Of a DNA stretch of 62,001 bases, positions 47,829 to 58,589 are shown in pieces (the first letter of the stretch is position 1; every line of letters begins with the position of its first letter). The DNA comes from an uncultured Gammaproteobacteria bacterium (GTDB taxonomy: Bacteria; Patescibacteriota; Patescibacteriia; Patescibacteriales; UBA12465). A program made the translations under genes and the position numbers. The notes below the pieces were generated by a model. The model made no database searches. It was not told the origin of the DNA and saw nothing but the letters and a program-made list of their open reading frames with translations. Location of the stretch: positions 1 through 62,001 of the forward strand of contig CAYSJA010000010.1 in assembly GCA_964431235.1 (NCBI GenBank). Direction: 5' to 3'.

Positions 47829-48079
47829 GTCCAATGTCTGATAATTTGACATATTAAAGGAAGCGGTTAAAAAGAAAATTATCAAAGTTGAACCTACCAA
47901 GTTTATCAAAGCTCTAATGGATGCCCGGCTGGCTATTTTAAACCAAACACAAAAACCCCGAATAAACGAGGCTTCTGCGTTAAATCCACAAAAGGGTGAC
48001 CACCACAGCTATTGCTGGCTGATGAGCCCTTAGATTAAATAGCATCCACAACCAACCTGTGGTCAGATTGGATACCGTC

Positions 48080-48154
48080 TGGGGTGCCTACCGGGAATCG
48101 AACCCGGTCTAACGGGACCACAACCCGCTGTTCTGCCATTAAACCATAGGCACC
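48080..48154 (-). tRNA. tRNA-His(GTG)
   Basis: G-1, CGGG-TT-GTG-GT-CCCG anticodon arm, C73, encoded CCA. Confidence 0.95.
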
Positions 48155-48166
48155 ATAATTTATTCG

Positions 48167-48238
48167 TACGCCCAGAGGGAATCGAACCCCCATAACCAGC
48201 TTAGAAGGCTGGTGTTCTATCCATTGAACTATGGGCGC
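48167..48238 (-). tRNA. tRNA-Arg(TCT)
   Basis: CCAGC-CT-TCT-AA-GCTGG. Confidence 0.95.
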
Positions 48239-48451
48239 CTAGATTTTAATTCTTGTCTTATATTAATAAAAAAAGAGTTAGTTGTCAAACTAGGTTTTTT
48301 TAATTTTTTTTGTTTTAAAATTTTTAATAATATTATATTAACAAAAACAGAAATGTTAAAAAATTCAATATTATTTATATTAATATTATAAGATAAAATT
48401 TGACAAAAGCATATAATAAAACAGATAATGTTATTATAAAGTTATATAGCT

Positions 48452-51295
48452 ATGTCAAAAAGAAAAAAAATTAACAAGAAGAAAGATTCTTGGAAAAATC
48501 AAGTTATTAGAACTTCTTATAAAAATACAAAAGGTAAAAGGAGAAAATCTTGGGGAAAAAGGGTCTTTTTAGCTATCTTTTGGTTAATTTTATTAGGGTT
48601 AACTACTGGATCTTTAGTGATTGCCTGGGTTTCTCGGGATATACCAAATCCTAATCAATTGTTAGAAAGAGAAATAACGCAGAGTACTAAAATATACGAT
48701 CGCACCGGAGAGCATATTTTATATGAAATACATGGCGATCAAAAAAGAACCTTAATTTCTCTAAATGATTTACCTGACCATGTAAAATGGGCATCAATAG
48801 TCCTTGAAGATAAAAATTTTTATAACCATAAAGGTTTTAGTGTTTGGGCAATGTTTAGAACAGCTATTACTAACATAATTTATAATCGTCGGGCGGGAGG
48901 ATCCACTTTAACCCAGCAGTTTATTAAAAATGCAGTTTTAACTCCTGAGAAAAAAATAACCAGAAAGATAAAAGAAGTTGTTTTAGCCTATCGTTTAGAA
49001 AAAAAATTCAATAAAGATGAAATTCTACAAATGTATTTAAATGAAATCCCTTATGGATCAAACGCTTATGGTATAGAGGCGGCTGGTTTGAAATATTTTA
49101 ATAAAAATGCCAAAGACCTTACAATCGCCGAATCAGCTCTTTTAGCTTCTCTTATTCAATCTCCCACCCGTTATTCACCCTATGGGCCAAATAAAGATTT
49201 ACTATTGGGCAGAAAAGATTATGTTATTTCTTTGATGGCAGAACAGGGATATATAAGTAAAGAGGAGGCGGAAATAGCTAAACTAGAAGAAATAAATTTT
49301 GTTGGGCCAGAAACAAATATAACTGCTCCTCATTTTGTTATGTACATCAAAAGTATCCTAGCAGAGAAATATGGAGAAAAGATGATAGAACAAGAGGGCC
49401 TGAGAATATATACTACTCTTGATTTATATAAGCAAAGAATAGCTGAGGATGTTATAAAAGAAAAAACCGAAAATTATCAAGAAAAATATAATGCTAATAA
49501 TGCTGCTTTAGTCTCAGTAGATCCTAAAACTGGGCAAATTTTAGCCATGGTGGGCTCAAGAGATTATTTTAATAACGAAATTGATGGACAGGTAAATGTT
49601 GCTTTAAGGCCAAGACAGCCAGGATCATCATTAAAGCCTTTTGTTTACGCCGTCTTGTTTAATAAAGGTTATACCCCAGATACAATTTTATACGATGTTG
49701 AAACAAATTTTTCCAACAGTGATAAACCTTATGTGCCTAAAAATTATAATCTAAAAGAAAATGGCCCGGTAAGTATAAAAAAGGCCTTAGCCGGTTCTTT
49801 AAATATACCAGCGGTAAAAGCCTTATATTTAGCGGGAATAGATAATGTTATAGATTTAGCAGAAGAGGCTGGTTATACAACTTTTTATCCTCGTGATGAT
49901 TTTGGCTTAGCTTTAGTTTTAGGTGGAGCTGAAGTTAAATTACTTGAGCATGTAAATGCTTATAGCGCTTTTGCTAGAGATGGAAAAATAAACAACATAA
50001 TTAGTATTCTAAAAATAGAAGATAAAAATGGTAATATTATTGAAGAATATAAACAAGAAGAAAGAGAGATTATTAATTCACAGACAGTTAGAATGATAAA
50101 TAATATATTGTCGGATAATTCAGCCCGGGCCTATGCTTTTGGCGAAAAAAATAATTTAACAATTCCTAACCGACCAGTGGCGGCTAAAACAGGTACTACC
50201 AATAATTACCATGATGCTTGGACTATTGGTTATACTCCATCAATAGTAACCGGGGTCTGGGTGGGAAACAGTAATAATGACGCTATGAAAGGTTCAGTTG
50301 GTGGTAGTGTTTTAGCTGCTCCGATATGGAACGCTTTTATGACTAAAGTTTTAGGTGATACGCCAATAGAAGAATTTAAAAATCCAAGTGATTATAAGAC
50401 TGGTAAAGATATAATTGATGGCGAATTAGTGGAGAAGAAAATAAATATAGATATATCCACTGGAGATTTAGCAACCAGTTTTACTCCATTTGAGTTTATT
50501 TCTGAAATAACGGTTCCAGAAACACACTCTATTTTGTTTTATGTTAATAAGGATGACCCATTAGGACCCCCTTTAGAAAATCCAGAAGAAGATCCTCAGT
50601 TTGAGCTTTGGGAAGAAGCAATTATTTCTTGGGCAGAAGAAAACGCCACCTCAACTTTATTATTAAAAAAATTTGAAGAACTTCATGATCCGGAGAATGC
50701 TCCAGTAATAGAGATAGTAACGCCAATAAATAATCAAGACATAGAGCAGGGAAATCTTATAGTTGAAGTTTTTGCTTCAGCGCCTCGCGGAGTTAGTAAA
50801 ATATATTATTTTATCAATGGCGGTTTGTGGTATGTTGGTAATAAAGATGAGATAGTAATAGATAAGAAACTACCACCCTTAAAGAATGGATATCATAGTT
50901 TGACAGTCAGAGCTTGTGACGATGCTGATAATTGTTCAGAAAGCAGCGTGGATTTTAATTTAAGGACACAGCTTAGCTTGCCGGTTACTTCTAGTTCAGT
51001 AGCTATTATATCTCCCGCGAATGGATTTACTGTTGAGCAGACAGATTTCCCTTTGAAGATATCCCTAATAGTTGATAATCCGGAAGCTGCCGCTAAACTA
51101 TTAGTTTTTTCTATTTCAGAGAATGAAGAGGATATTTTGCCATTAGCTAATATAAGTGAATTGAATGGAAAAAAATTTGAAATTTATTGGCAGAATATGC
51201 CCGAAAAAAAAGGGACTTATAAGATTTATAGCGAACTTAGAACTTGGGATGGTGAGATCAGGAAAAGTAATGAAATTTCAATAACAATTTCCTAA
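48452..51295 (+). CDS. Class A penicillin-binding protein (PBP1A family) with Ig-like C-terminus
   Basis: EDKNFY.H.G, GGSTLTQQ, RK.KE, SxxK (GSSLKP), SLN, KTGT. Confidence 0.95.
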   Translation: MSKRKKINKKKDSWKNQVIRTSYKNTKGKRRKSWGKRVFLAIFWLILLGLTTGSLVIAWVSRDIPNPNQLLEREITQSTKIYDRTGEHILYEIHGDQKRTLISLNDLPDHVKWASIVLEDKNFYNHKGFSVWAMFRTAITNIIYNRRAGGSTLTQQFIKNAVLTPEKKITRKIKEVVLAYRLEKKFNKDEILQMYLNEIPYGSNAYGIEAAGLKYFNKNAKDLTIAESALLASLIQSPTRYSPYGPNKDLLLGRKDYVISLMAEQGYISKEEAEIAKLEEINFVGPETNITAPHFVMYIKSILAEKYGEKMIEQEGLRIYTTLDLYKQRIAEDVIKEKTENYQEKYNANNAALVSVDPKTGQILAMVGSRDYFNNEIDGQVNVALRPRQPGSSLKPFVYAVLFNKGYTPDTILYDVETNFSNSDKPYVPKNYNLKENGPVSIKKALAGSLNIPAVKALYLAGIDNVIDLAEEAGYTTFYPRDDFGLALVLGGAEVKLLEHVNAYSAFARDGKINNIISILKIEDKNGNIIEEYKQEEREIINSQTVRMINNILSDNSARAYAFGEKNNLTIPNRPVAAKTGTTNNYHDAWTIGYTPSIVTGVWVGNSNNDAMKGSVGGSVLAAPIWNAFMTKVLGDTPIEEFKNPSDYKTGKDIIDGELVEKKINIDISTGDLATSFTPFEFISEITVPETHSILFYVNKDDPLGPPLENPEEDPQFELWEEAIISWAEENATSTLLLKKFEELHDPENAPVIEIVTPINNQDIEQGNLIVEVFASAPRGVSKIYYFINGGLWYVGNKDEIVIDKKLPPLKNGYHSLTVRACDDADNCSESSVDFNLRTQLSLPVTSSSVAIISPANGFTVEQTDFPLKISLIVDNPEAAAKLLVFSISENEEDILPLANISELNGKKFEIYWQNMPEKKGTYKIYSELRTWDGEIRKSNEISITIS

Positions 51296-51372
51296 AACCG
51301 GCAGAGAAATAATTTATAATCGTTATAATAGCTTTATCTTATATTTTATAATGTTAAAAACTTAAAATTATT

Positions 51373-52434
51373 ATGTTTCTAACCTTTTATTTATTAGTGC
51401 TGTTAGTCTCCTTTTATTTTTTAGCGGTAATTTGCGATCGCTATTTTATTGACTCTCTTGATAGAATTGCTAATAAACTAAAAATGGATTCAGATATGGC
51501 TGGCGCAACCTTTATGGCTGTTGGTAGTAGTGCTCCCGAACTTTTTGTTGCCTTTATCGCTCTTTTTAAGCCAGGAAATGAGGCAATTGGTGCAGGAACC
51601 ATTGTTGGCTCTGCTTTATTTAACGTTTTAGCTATTATTGGTGCTGCTGCTATGGTAAAAGTGGCAGTGATTTCTTGGCAGCCGGTAATAAGGGATGTAA
51701 TATTTTATTCGGTTAGTATAATTTTGCTTCTTATTTCTTTTAAAGACGGTAGCGTTGATTTATTTGAAGCTTTAATTTTTATTGCTTTGTATGTAATCTA
51801 TATTTTTGCGGTTTTAAAGTGGCGAAAAGTTTTACCTTATAAAGATAAAAATAGGGATGATAAAGTGGCTAGTAAAGAGGCAAGACCATTGCCGGCTGGA
51901 AGGAATTTTTTAACTAAATTAAAGAAAGTAATTTATAGAATTTTAGATTTTATTTTTCCGAAAGCGAAAAAATATTGGCTGGTATTTATTTTTTCAATTT
52001 TAACTATTGCCGGCTTATCCTATATTTTAGTGGAAAGTGCGGTGGCGGTAGCTGAAATTTTAAATATCCCCTCGGTTATTATTGGTTTAACAATATTGGC
52101 GATCGGTACTAGTGTGCCTGATTTAGTTTCTTCAATTATAGTAGCTAGACAGGGTCGCGGAGGGATGGCTATATCAAACGCTATTGGTTCTAATATTTTT
52201 GATATATTAATTGGGCTAGGTTTGCCCTGGGTTTTGGTTATTTCTATATATGGAGGTAAAATCCCGGTTGTAACTAAAAATTTGAATAGTTCTATATTTT
52301 TATTATTTGCTACTGTAATTGCTATTTTGTTTTTGCTTATTTTGCGCCGTTGGAAAATAGGTCGATTTTCAGGATTGTTTTTAATTAGTCTTTATTTAGC
52401 ATATTTAGTTTGGGCCGTAATGCAGGCCTTATAA
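51373..52434 (+). CDS. Calcium/sodium antiporter (CaCA family)
   Basis: Alpha repeats GSSAPEL/GSALFN and GTSVPD/GSNIFD. Confidence 0.93.
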   Translation: MFLTFYLLVLLVSFYFLAVICDRYFIDSLDRIANKLKMDSDMAGATFMAVGSSAPELFVAFIALFKPGNEAIGAGTIVGSALFNVLAIIGAAAMVKVAVISWQPVIRDVIFYSVSIILLLISFKDGSVDLFEALIFIALYVIYIFAVLKWRKVLPYKDKNRDDKVASKEARPLPAGRNFLTKLKKVIYRILDFIFPKAKKYWLVFIFSILTIAGLSYILVESAVAVAEILNIPSVIIGLTILAIGTSVPDLVSSIIVARQGRGGMAISNAIGSNIFDILIGLGLPWVLVISIYGGKIPVVTKNLNSSIFLLFATVIAILFLLILRRWKIGRFSGLFLISLYLAYLVWAVMQAL

Positions 52435-52439
52435 AAATT

Positions 52440-54077
52440 ATGGATATAAAAGAACAAGATTTTCAAATTGCTTATTTCAGTATGGAAATTGCCTTGGAAG
52501 GAGGAATTAAAACATATTCTGGCGGACTGGGCGTGCTAGCCGGGGATATTCTACGATCAGCCGCTGATTTAGAGTTGCCAATGATTGGAGTTACTTTATT
52601 AAGTAGAAATGGTTATTTTCACCAAAAAATTAATAAACAGGGTGAACAAGAGGAATATCCAGCAAAGAATTATAATTTTTCCAAATTAAAAAAGATTAAG
52701 CAAACAATTAATATTAGAATTGGTAAAGATAAAGTAAAAGTTGGCGCTTGGCAGTATGATATCAAGAGCCCTAAAGGTTTTAAAGCACCGGTTTATTTAT
52801 TGGATACAGATTTTATCAGCAATAAAAAAACATATAGAAGATTAACTGATAATTTATATGGCGGCGATAAGGATTACCGCTTATTACAAGAAACTATTTT
52901 AGGAAGAGGAGGATATGCTTTGGTTAAAAAATTAGGATATAAGATAAATAAGTTCCACATCAATGAAGGGCATGGTAGTTTTGTGGCCATAGCTAAATTT
53001 TTAGATTTAAAAAACATGACGGAAAAAGAAAAAATAAAAAAAACTAAAGAAGCCTGCGTATTTACCACTCATACACCAGTCAAAATGGCTCATGATATTT
53101 TTTCTTTGGAAAAAGTTTTAGCTTACCAATTTGATTTTCCTTATAAATTGTTGAATTTGATAGAAAATAAGCAGGTTAATATGACTAAAATAGGTCTTTA
53201 TTTCAGTAGTTATATAAATGGCGTTGCTTTAAGCCATAAGGAATTGTCTATGCGGATGTTCCCTAGTTATCCAATCTATTGTGTTACCAATGGTGTTCAT
53301 TCTCAAACTTGGACAGCTACAGAATTTAAAAAGCTTTATGATAAATATATTCCTAATTGGCGCAATTCTAGTTTATCTTTAAGGAACGCTTTTTCTTTGC
53401 CACTTGAAGATATTTGGCAGGCGCATCAAAAAACAAAGAAACGCTTGATTTCTTTAGTGAATAAGGCAACAGAGCAGAATTTTAAAGAAAATGTTTTTAC
53501 TATTGGTTTTGCTCGGCGTTTTACTGCTTACAAACGTCCAATCTTGTTGCTTGAAAATATGGAACGTTTATTAGAGGTACAGAAAAATACTGGCAAAATC
53601 CAAATAGTCTATGGTGGTAAAGCGCACCCTTTAGATGAGCAAGGAAAAAAGCTTATCGCCGAAGTTAACAGAATAAGTCAAAGGTATAAAGATAAAATAA
53701 AAATAGCTTTTATAGAGAATTATGACATGGATTTAGCTAAAATAATAATTTCCGGGGTTGATTTGTGGCTAAACACTCCTTTGCCTCCCAATGAAGCATC
53801 AGGGACAAGTGGAATGAAAGCTGCTCATAATGGCGTTCCTCAACTCAGTTCTTTTGATGGTTGGTGGCGCGAAGGATATATAAAAGGAAAAACTGGCTGG
53901 ACGATTCAAAAGGACTCCGACAATTTATACTTTTTATTAGAGCAAGAGATCATCCCTCTTTACTATCAGAATCCTAAAGCTTGGCAGGAAATAATGAGGT
54001 TTGTTATTGGAATTAATGCTTCCTTTTTTAACACCGAGAGAGTATTGCGCGAGTATATCCAAAATGCTTATATTTAA
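52440..54077 (+). CDS. glgP: Alpha-glucan (glycogen/maltodextrin) phosphorylase
   Basis: YFSME, YSGGLG.LAGD, NEGH, FTTHTP, ARRF..YKR, EASGTSGMK. Confidence 0.93.
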   Translation: MDIKEQDFQIAYFSMEIALEGGIKTYSGGLGVLAGDILRSAADLELPMIGVTLLSRNGYFHQKINKQGEQEEYPAKNYNFSKLKKIKQTINIRIGKDKVKVGAWQYDIKSPKGFKAPVYLLDTDFISNKKTYRRLTDNLYGGDKDYRLLQETILGRGGYALVKKLGYKINKFHINEGHGSFVAIAKFLDLKNMTEKEKIKKTKEACVFTTHTPVKMAHDIFSLEKVLAYQFDFPYKLLNLIENKQVNMTKIGLYFSSYINGVALSHKELSMRMFPSYPIYCVTNGVHSQTWTATEFKKLYDKYIPNWRNSSLSLRNAFSLPLEDIWQAHQKTKKRLISLVNKATEQNFKENVFTIGFARRFTAYKRPILLLENMERLLEVQKNTGKIQIVYGGKAHPLDEQGKKLIAEVNRISQRYKDKIKIAFIENYDMDLAKIIISGVDLWLNTPLPPNEASGTSGMKAAHNGVPQLSSFDGWWREGYIKGKTGWTIQKDSDNLYFLLEQEIIPLYYQNPKAWQEIMRFVIGINASFFNTERVLREYIQNAYI

Positions 54078-54106
54078 TTAAAAGTTAATAAATAATTATT
54101 AAAAAT

Positions 54107-54367
54107 ATGCCTACAAAAAAACAAAAAAATCAAACTAAAACAGAACAATTTAAAGTTTCTGGAGAAGAAATTTTAAATAAAATCAAAACCCTCATAAAAG
54201 AGGGTAATATTCGCCGTATAATTATTAAAAATAGTAAAGGGCAGATTTTGTTGGAAATCCCGGTTACTTTTGCTGTGGTAGGTGCTGTTTTTGCTCCTAC
54301 GTTGGCGGCGATCGGCGCTTTAGCCGCCCTATTATCAAAAGCGACTATAGTAGTGGAAAGAAAATAG
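54107..54367 (+). CDS. DUF4342-like protein
   Basis: IK.LIKEGN.RRI.IK...LEIP.T..V.G. Confidence 0.8.
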   Translation: MPTKKQKNQTKTEQFKVSGEEILNKIKTLIKEGNIRRIIIKNSKGQILLEIPVTFAVVGAVFAPTLAAIGALAALLSKATIVVERK

Positions 54368-54381
54368 ATTTTAGATTTTTA

Positions 54382-54409
54382 AAAAGAGCTTGTTTTTCAA
54401 GCTCTTTTT
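54382..54409. terminator. Bidirectional intrinsic terminator
   Basis: AAAAGAGCTTG-loop-CAAGCTCTTTTT. Confidence 0.8.
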
Positions 54410-54421
54410 GTTTTTTAAGTT

Positions 54422-55564
54422 TTAAATATTTTTAGGCTTATTAGCAATATATAACAATATACTACCCCAACCGAGCCAAATCGCGGTCAAATTTATCATC
54501 CAGCCGAGCCAAGGGATTGAAAACAATAGAGATAAAATTATGGCACCAAAAAGTAAAGGCCAAAATAAATGAATTTGTTCTTTTTTGAATATTTCTTTTA
54601 ATATAATCGTTCCTAAAATTAAAGCAGCCATGGTTTTTCCGATAAAGATACCCGCCAACCATAAGGATATTAAAATAAGAGCTAATGGCAGACCAATAAT
54701 AGTGAAAGCAATAATAAGAGATAATGGAGGTATAATTAAGACTGCGGCTGCTCCCCATAAGAAAGAAAAGCCGGTTTTAGTTTTAGCTTGTGATATAAAT
54801 CGACGGCTATACCTAGGAATAATAAAGACAAAAATTAAGCCGATAAATATTATCGATAAGAAGGCAAAGAGGCGTCCCCATAGCCAAGTAGAAGCAGAAT
54901 CTCTCTCTTTTTTCTCCAGGGTTTTAAAGTTTATTTCTCCGGAGACCACAGCTTCATTGTTTAAATCAATTTTATTCTTAGCAGAATAATTAAGATCCCC
55001 ATTTATAATTGTTTCTTTGTCCAATATCAAACCTTCCCCTAAAGCTTTATTATAAATTCTTAAATTGGCATTTTTCCCCACTTTTCCAGAAATGAAAGTT
55101 TTTTGTGAATAGGAATCTAGATGGCCGTCAATATAACCTCTAATAGTGGAATCAAGGCTGCCAATAATAGCGTCCCAGCCTATTCTTGCATCTTTCCCTA
55201 TTACCACTTTAGAGCCAAAAGCATTTAAGTTACGAGAAATAGCGCTGTTTATAAAAACAGAATTACCAACTACCCGGATATTTCCACCAACTTCTCCTTC
55301 AATGCTGATATCTTGAGCTAAACCAATTATATCTCCTTCAATTCTGCCCGTTACTGCTATTGAATTGGCGGCGGCGATTAAATCACCACTTATAACCCCG
55401 TCTATAATGACGGATTCTCCAGCTGCTAGCAAATTACCAGTAATAGTCTCATCTGAAGCTACGAAAATTGTTCCTTTATTTTCTGATTCAGCAGCTTTTA
55501 AAATAAATATTGGTAGCAGCAACAGGACTGCTAAAATTATAATTTTACTCAATTTTGATTTCAT
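54422..55564 (-). CDS. Membrane protein with bactofilin-like beta-helix N-domain and multi-TM C-domain
   Basis: Signal peptide, repeated I.G.V.GD/N motifs, 5-6 TM segments. Confidence 0.8.
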   Translation of the reverse strand: MKSKLSKIIILAVLLLLPIFILKAAESENKGTIFVASDETITGNLLAAGESVIIDGVISGDLIAAANSIAVTGRIEGDIIGLAQDISIEGEVGGNIRVVGNSVFINSAISRNLNAFGSKVVIGKDARIGWDAIIGSLDSTIRGYIDGHLDSYSQKTFISGKVGKNANLRIYNKALGEGLILDKETIINGDLNYSAKNKIDLNNEAVVSGEINFKTLEKKERDSASTWLWGRLFAFLSIIFIGLIFVFIIPRYSRRFISQAKTKTGFSFLWGAAAVLIIPPLSLIIAFTIIGLPLALILISLWLAGIFIGKTMAALILGTIILKEIFKKEQIHLFWPLLFGAIILSLLFSIPWLGWMINLTAIWLGWGSILLYIANKPKNI

Positions 55565-55634
55565 AATACGATTGTTAATTTTAAAAAAATATAGTACTCT
55601 TAATAAGATTATAGTTTAATTATACTTCAAAACA

Positions 55635-57260
55635 ATGTCAGAAGCAATAAAAAATTTAATATTGGAAAAAATAGAAATAATTAAGAATCGGGATGACTTA
55701 GAAAATATAAAGAGAGAGTTTTGTAAAAAGTATAAATTGGGATCAATTTTAAACTCTGATATCTTAGAAGTATATAGAGAGTTGTTAGCTGTTGGTCAAA
55801 TAGAGCGATCTTTGTCTTTTGAGAGAATAATAAGAAAAAGATCGGTTAGGACCTTGTCTGGTATAGCGCCAGTAGCTGTTTTAACCAAGCCCTATCTTTG
55901 TCCAGGGCATTGCGCCTATTGCCCACGTGAAAAAAATGTTCCAGTTAGTTATCTTTCCAACGAACCGGCGGTTATGCGCGCTATCCGTTGTTCCTATAAC
56001 CCATATAAACAGGTAATTTGGCGTTTAAGAGCCCTGGAGAATAATGGTCATGAGCCGACAAAAATAGAAATAATAGTTATGGGCGGGACTTGGAGTTATT
56101 TGCCTAAAAAATATAAATATTGGTTTATAATTAACTGTTTTCGTGCCGCCAATGATTATAATAGGTTAAGAAAAAAGTTTTTGTTAAGCCAAAAGAAAGA
56201 TTCTTTGTTGGATTTAATAGTTTCTCCATACAAACAGAATTTAAAGCAAAAAGATTTAGATCAGATTTTAAAACGTGAACAGAAAAGAAATGAAACTACT
56301 CGTTATAAAATAATTGGTTTAACTTTAGAGACCAGGCCTGATTATATAAATAAGACAGAACTTGTTGAGATGAGAAAGTTAGGTTGTACCAGAGTTGAGA
56401 TCGGTGTACAAGCTATAGATGATAATATTTTGAAAATAAATAAACGTGGACATGGAGTTAAAGAAATAGAAGTTGCCACTGAAATGATGAAAAAATATGG
56501 TTTTAAAGTTACTTATCATTTTATGCCGGCTCTTCCCGGATCTTCGCCGCAAAAGGATTTGTCCATGTTTAGAGAACTTTTTACAGATAGCCGTTTTCAG
56601 CCGGATCAGATAAAGTTCTACCCTACGGTCGTTATCAAGGGTAGTCTACTATATCGCTGGTACAAAGAAGGTAAATATCAGCCTTATTCAGATAAACAGT
56701 TGCAGAATTTAATTATTCAATGCAAAAAATTAGTACCTGACTATGTCAGGATTATTCGCCTTATTCGTGATATTCCCGGCGAATCTATTATTGCCGGTAA
56801 TAAGATTACTAATTTACGGCAAGTCATGAAAGACAGAGGAATAACTTGTCGTTGCATTCGTTGTCGTCAGGCAAAAGGTATTTTACTTGAAAAATGGAAG
56901 ATAAATATTCAAGAGTATAAAGCTTCTTCAGGCAAGGAAATTTTTATCAGCGTTGATAGTTTGGATAAAAAAATATTGTACGCTTTTTGTCGGCTTAGGA
57001 TTGATAAAGATAGTTTAGTAGCCCCAGCTATTATTAGGGAGCTGCATGTTTACGGGGAACTGACCACGGTTGGCGAAAACGGAGAAATTCAGCATGTTGG
57101 TTTAGGAAAAAAATTATTATTAACCGCGGAGAATATTAGCAAGAAAGAAGGAGCTTCTAAAATAGCCGTTATTTCCGGAGTAGGGGTAAGAGGTTATTAT
57201 CGTAAGCAGGGGTATAAACTAAGAAACTCTTATATGTTTAAAAATATAGAAAAAAAATAA
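55635..57260 (+). CDS. elp3: Elp3 radical SAM/acetyltransferase (tRNA U34 carboxymethyltransferase)
   Basis: RTLSG.A.VAV, C...CAYCP, ETRPD, K.YP, RELHVYG, QH.G.G, ISG.GVR.YY. Confidence 0.93.
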   Translation: MSEAIKNLILEKIEIIKNRDDLENIKREFCKKYKLGSILNSDILEVYRELLAVGQIERSLSFERIIRKRSVRTLSGIAPVAVLTKPYLCPGHCAYCPREKNVPVSYLSNEPAVMRAIRCSYNPYKQVIWRLRALENNGHEPTKIEIIVMGGTWSYLPKKYKYWFIINCFRAANDYNRLRKKFLLSQKKDSLLDLIVSPYKQNLKQKDLDQILKREQKRNETTRYKIIGLTLETRPDYINKTELVEMRKLGCTRVEIGVQAIDDNILKINKRGHGVKEIEVATEMMKKYGFKVTYHFMPALPGSSPQKDLSMFRELFTDSRFQPDQIKFYPTVVIKGSLLYRWYKEGKYQPYSDKQLQNLIIQCKKLVPDYVRIIRLIRDIPGESIIAGNKITNLRQVMKDRGITCRCIRCRQAKGILLEKWKINIQEYKASSGKEIFISVDSLDKKILYAFCRLRIDKDSLVAPAIIRELHVYGELTTVGENGEIQHVGLGKKLLLTAENISKKEGASKIAVISGVGVRGYYRKQGYKLRNSYMFKNIEKK

Positions 57261-57329
57261 TTTTTTGTTTATTTTTTGTTTTTGACAAAAGCTTGCCTCT
57301 GGATTAATATTAAATTATAAAATAAAAAT

Positions 57330-58586
57330 ATGACTTATCAAAATTTAGCCCAAGAAGATTCAATTGTTTTTGAAATTATAAAAAAAGAAGCATTTCGTCA
57401 GAATGAGGAATTAGAGCTGATTGCTTCGGAAAATTACGTTTCTTTAGCTGTTTTAGAAGCGATAGCCACTGTTTTGACCAATAAGTACAGCGAGGGGTAT
57501 CCTGGAAAGCGTTATTATGGTGGTAATCAGGTGGTTGACGAAATAGAATCTTTGGCAATTTCCAGGACAAAGGAACTTTTTTCTGCTGAACATGCTAATG
57601 TACAGCCTTTATCTGGTTCACCGGCTAATGCGGCGGTCTATATGGCTTTTTTAGAGCCGGGCGATAAAGTTTTGGGTTTGAAGTTAGATCATGGCGGTCA
57701 TCTCTCTCATGGCCACGCCATTAATTTCTCTGGTCGTTTGTATAATTTTGCCCAATATGGCCTTGATTCAAAAAAGGGATTGATTGATATGGATGAGGTT
57801 AGAAAAATTGCTCACCAGGAAAAGCCGAAAATGATAGTAGCCGGGTTCAGTGCCTATTCTAGAGATATTGATTGGCAGGGATTTAAAGATATTGCTGACG
57901 AGATTGGTGCTTATACTTTCGCTGATATTGCTCATATTGCCGGATTGATTGCCGGTAAACAATTAAAAAACCCAGTACCGATTTTTGATGTTGTTTCAAC
58001 CACTACCCATAAAACATTACGCGGTCCGCGTGGCGCTCTTATAATGTGCCGGGAAAAATTCGCTAAACAAGTAGATAGAGCTGTCTTTCCTGGTATGCAA
58101 GGCGGACCCCATGATCACATAACCGCTGCTAAAGCAGTTGCTTTAGGTGAAGCTTTACGTCCGGAATTTTCTGATTACGCTCGACAAGTTATACTAAACG
58201 CCCAGAAAATGTCAGAAAATTTAATGGGTCGGGGTTATAATATAGTCTCTGGCGGTACAGATAACCATTTGTTTGTGATGGATCTTATTAAACAGAGAAT
58301 ATCCGGTAAAGAAGCTGAAAAAGCTTTAGAAAAAGCCGGTATCTCTGCTTCTAGATCAACCATCCCTAACGATCCTAACCCTCCTTATAACCCTTCTGGT
58401 TTAAGGATAGGAACGCCCGCTATAACTACTAGAGGCATGAAAGAAAAAGAAATGGAGCTAATCGCTTCTTATATTGATCAAGTTTTGCAAAATAAGGACA
58501 ATGGCAATGTTTTACAGAGGATAAAGAATGATATAAAGAAGATGTGCCAAAATTTTCCTTTGCCCACCGACAGTTTAAAATATTAA
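57330..58586 (+). CDS. glyA: Serine hydroxymethyltransferase
   Basis: LIASEN, EGYPG.RYYGG, GGHLSHG, TTTHKTLRGPRG. Confidence 0.98.
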   Translation: MTYQNLAQEDSIVFEIIKKEAFRQNEELELIASENYVSLAVLEAIATVLTNKYSEGYPGKRYYGGNQVVDEIESLAISRTKELFSAEHANVQPLSGSPANAAVYMAFLEPGDKVLGLKLDHGGHLSHGHAINFSGRLYNFAQYGLDSKKGLIDMDEVRKIAHQEKPKMIVAGFSAYSRDIDWQGFKDIADEIGAYTFADIAHIAGLIAGKQLKNPVPIFDVVSTTTHKTLRGPRGALIMCREKFAKQVDRAVFPGMQGGPHDHITAAKAVALGEALRPEFSDYARQVILNAQKMSENLMGRGYNIVSGGTDNHLFVMDLIKQRISGKEAEKALEKAGISASRSTIPNDPNPPYNPSGLRIGTPAITTRGMKEKEMELIASYIDQVLQNKDNGNVLQRIKNDIKKMCQNFPLPTDSLKY

Positions 58587-58589
58587 TTT

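Noticed and set aside
47992-48032. CTGATGAG as a hammerhead ribozyme or fluoride riboswitch
   Set aside because: No downstream GAAA core or NUH site, and no GGCGATGG-type 5' element.
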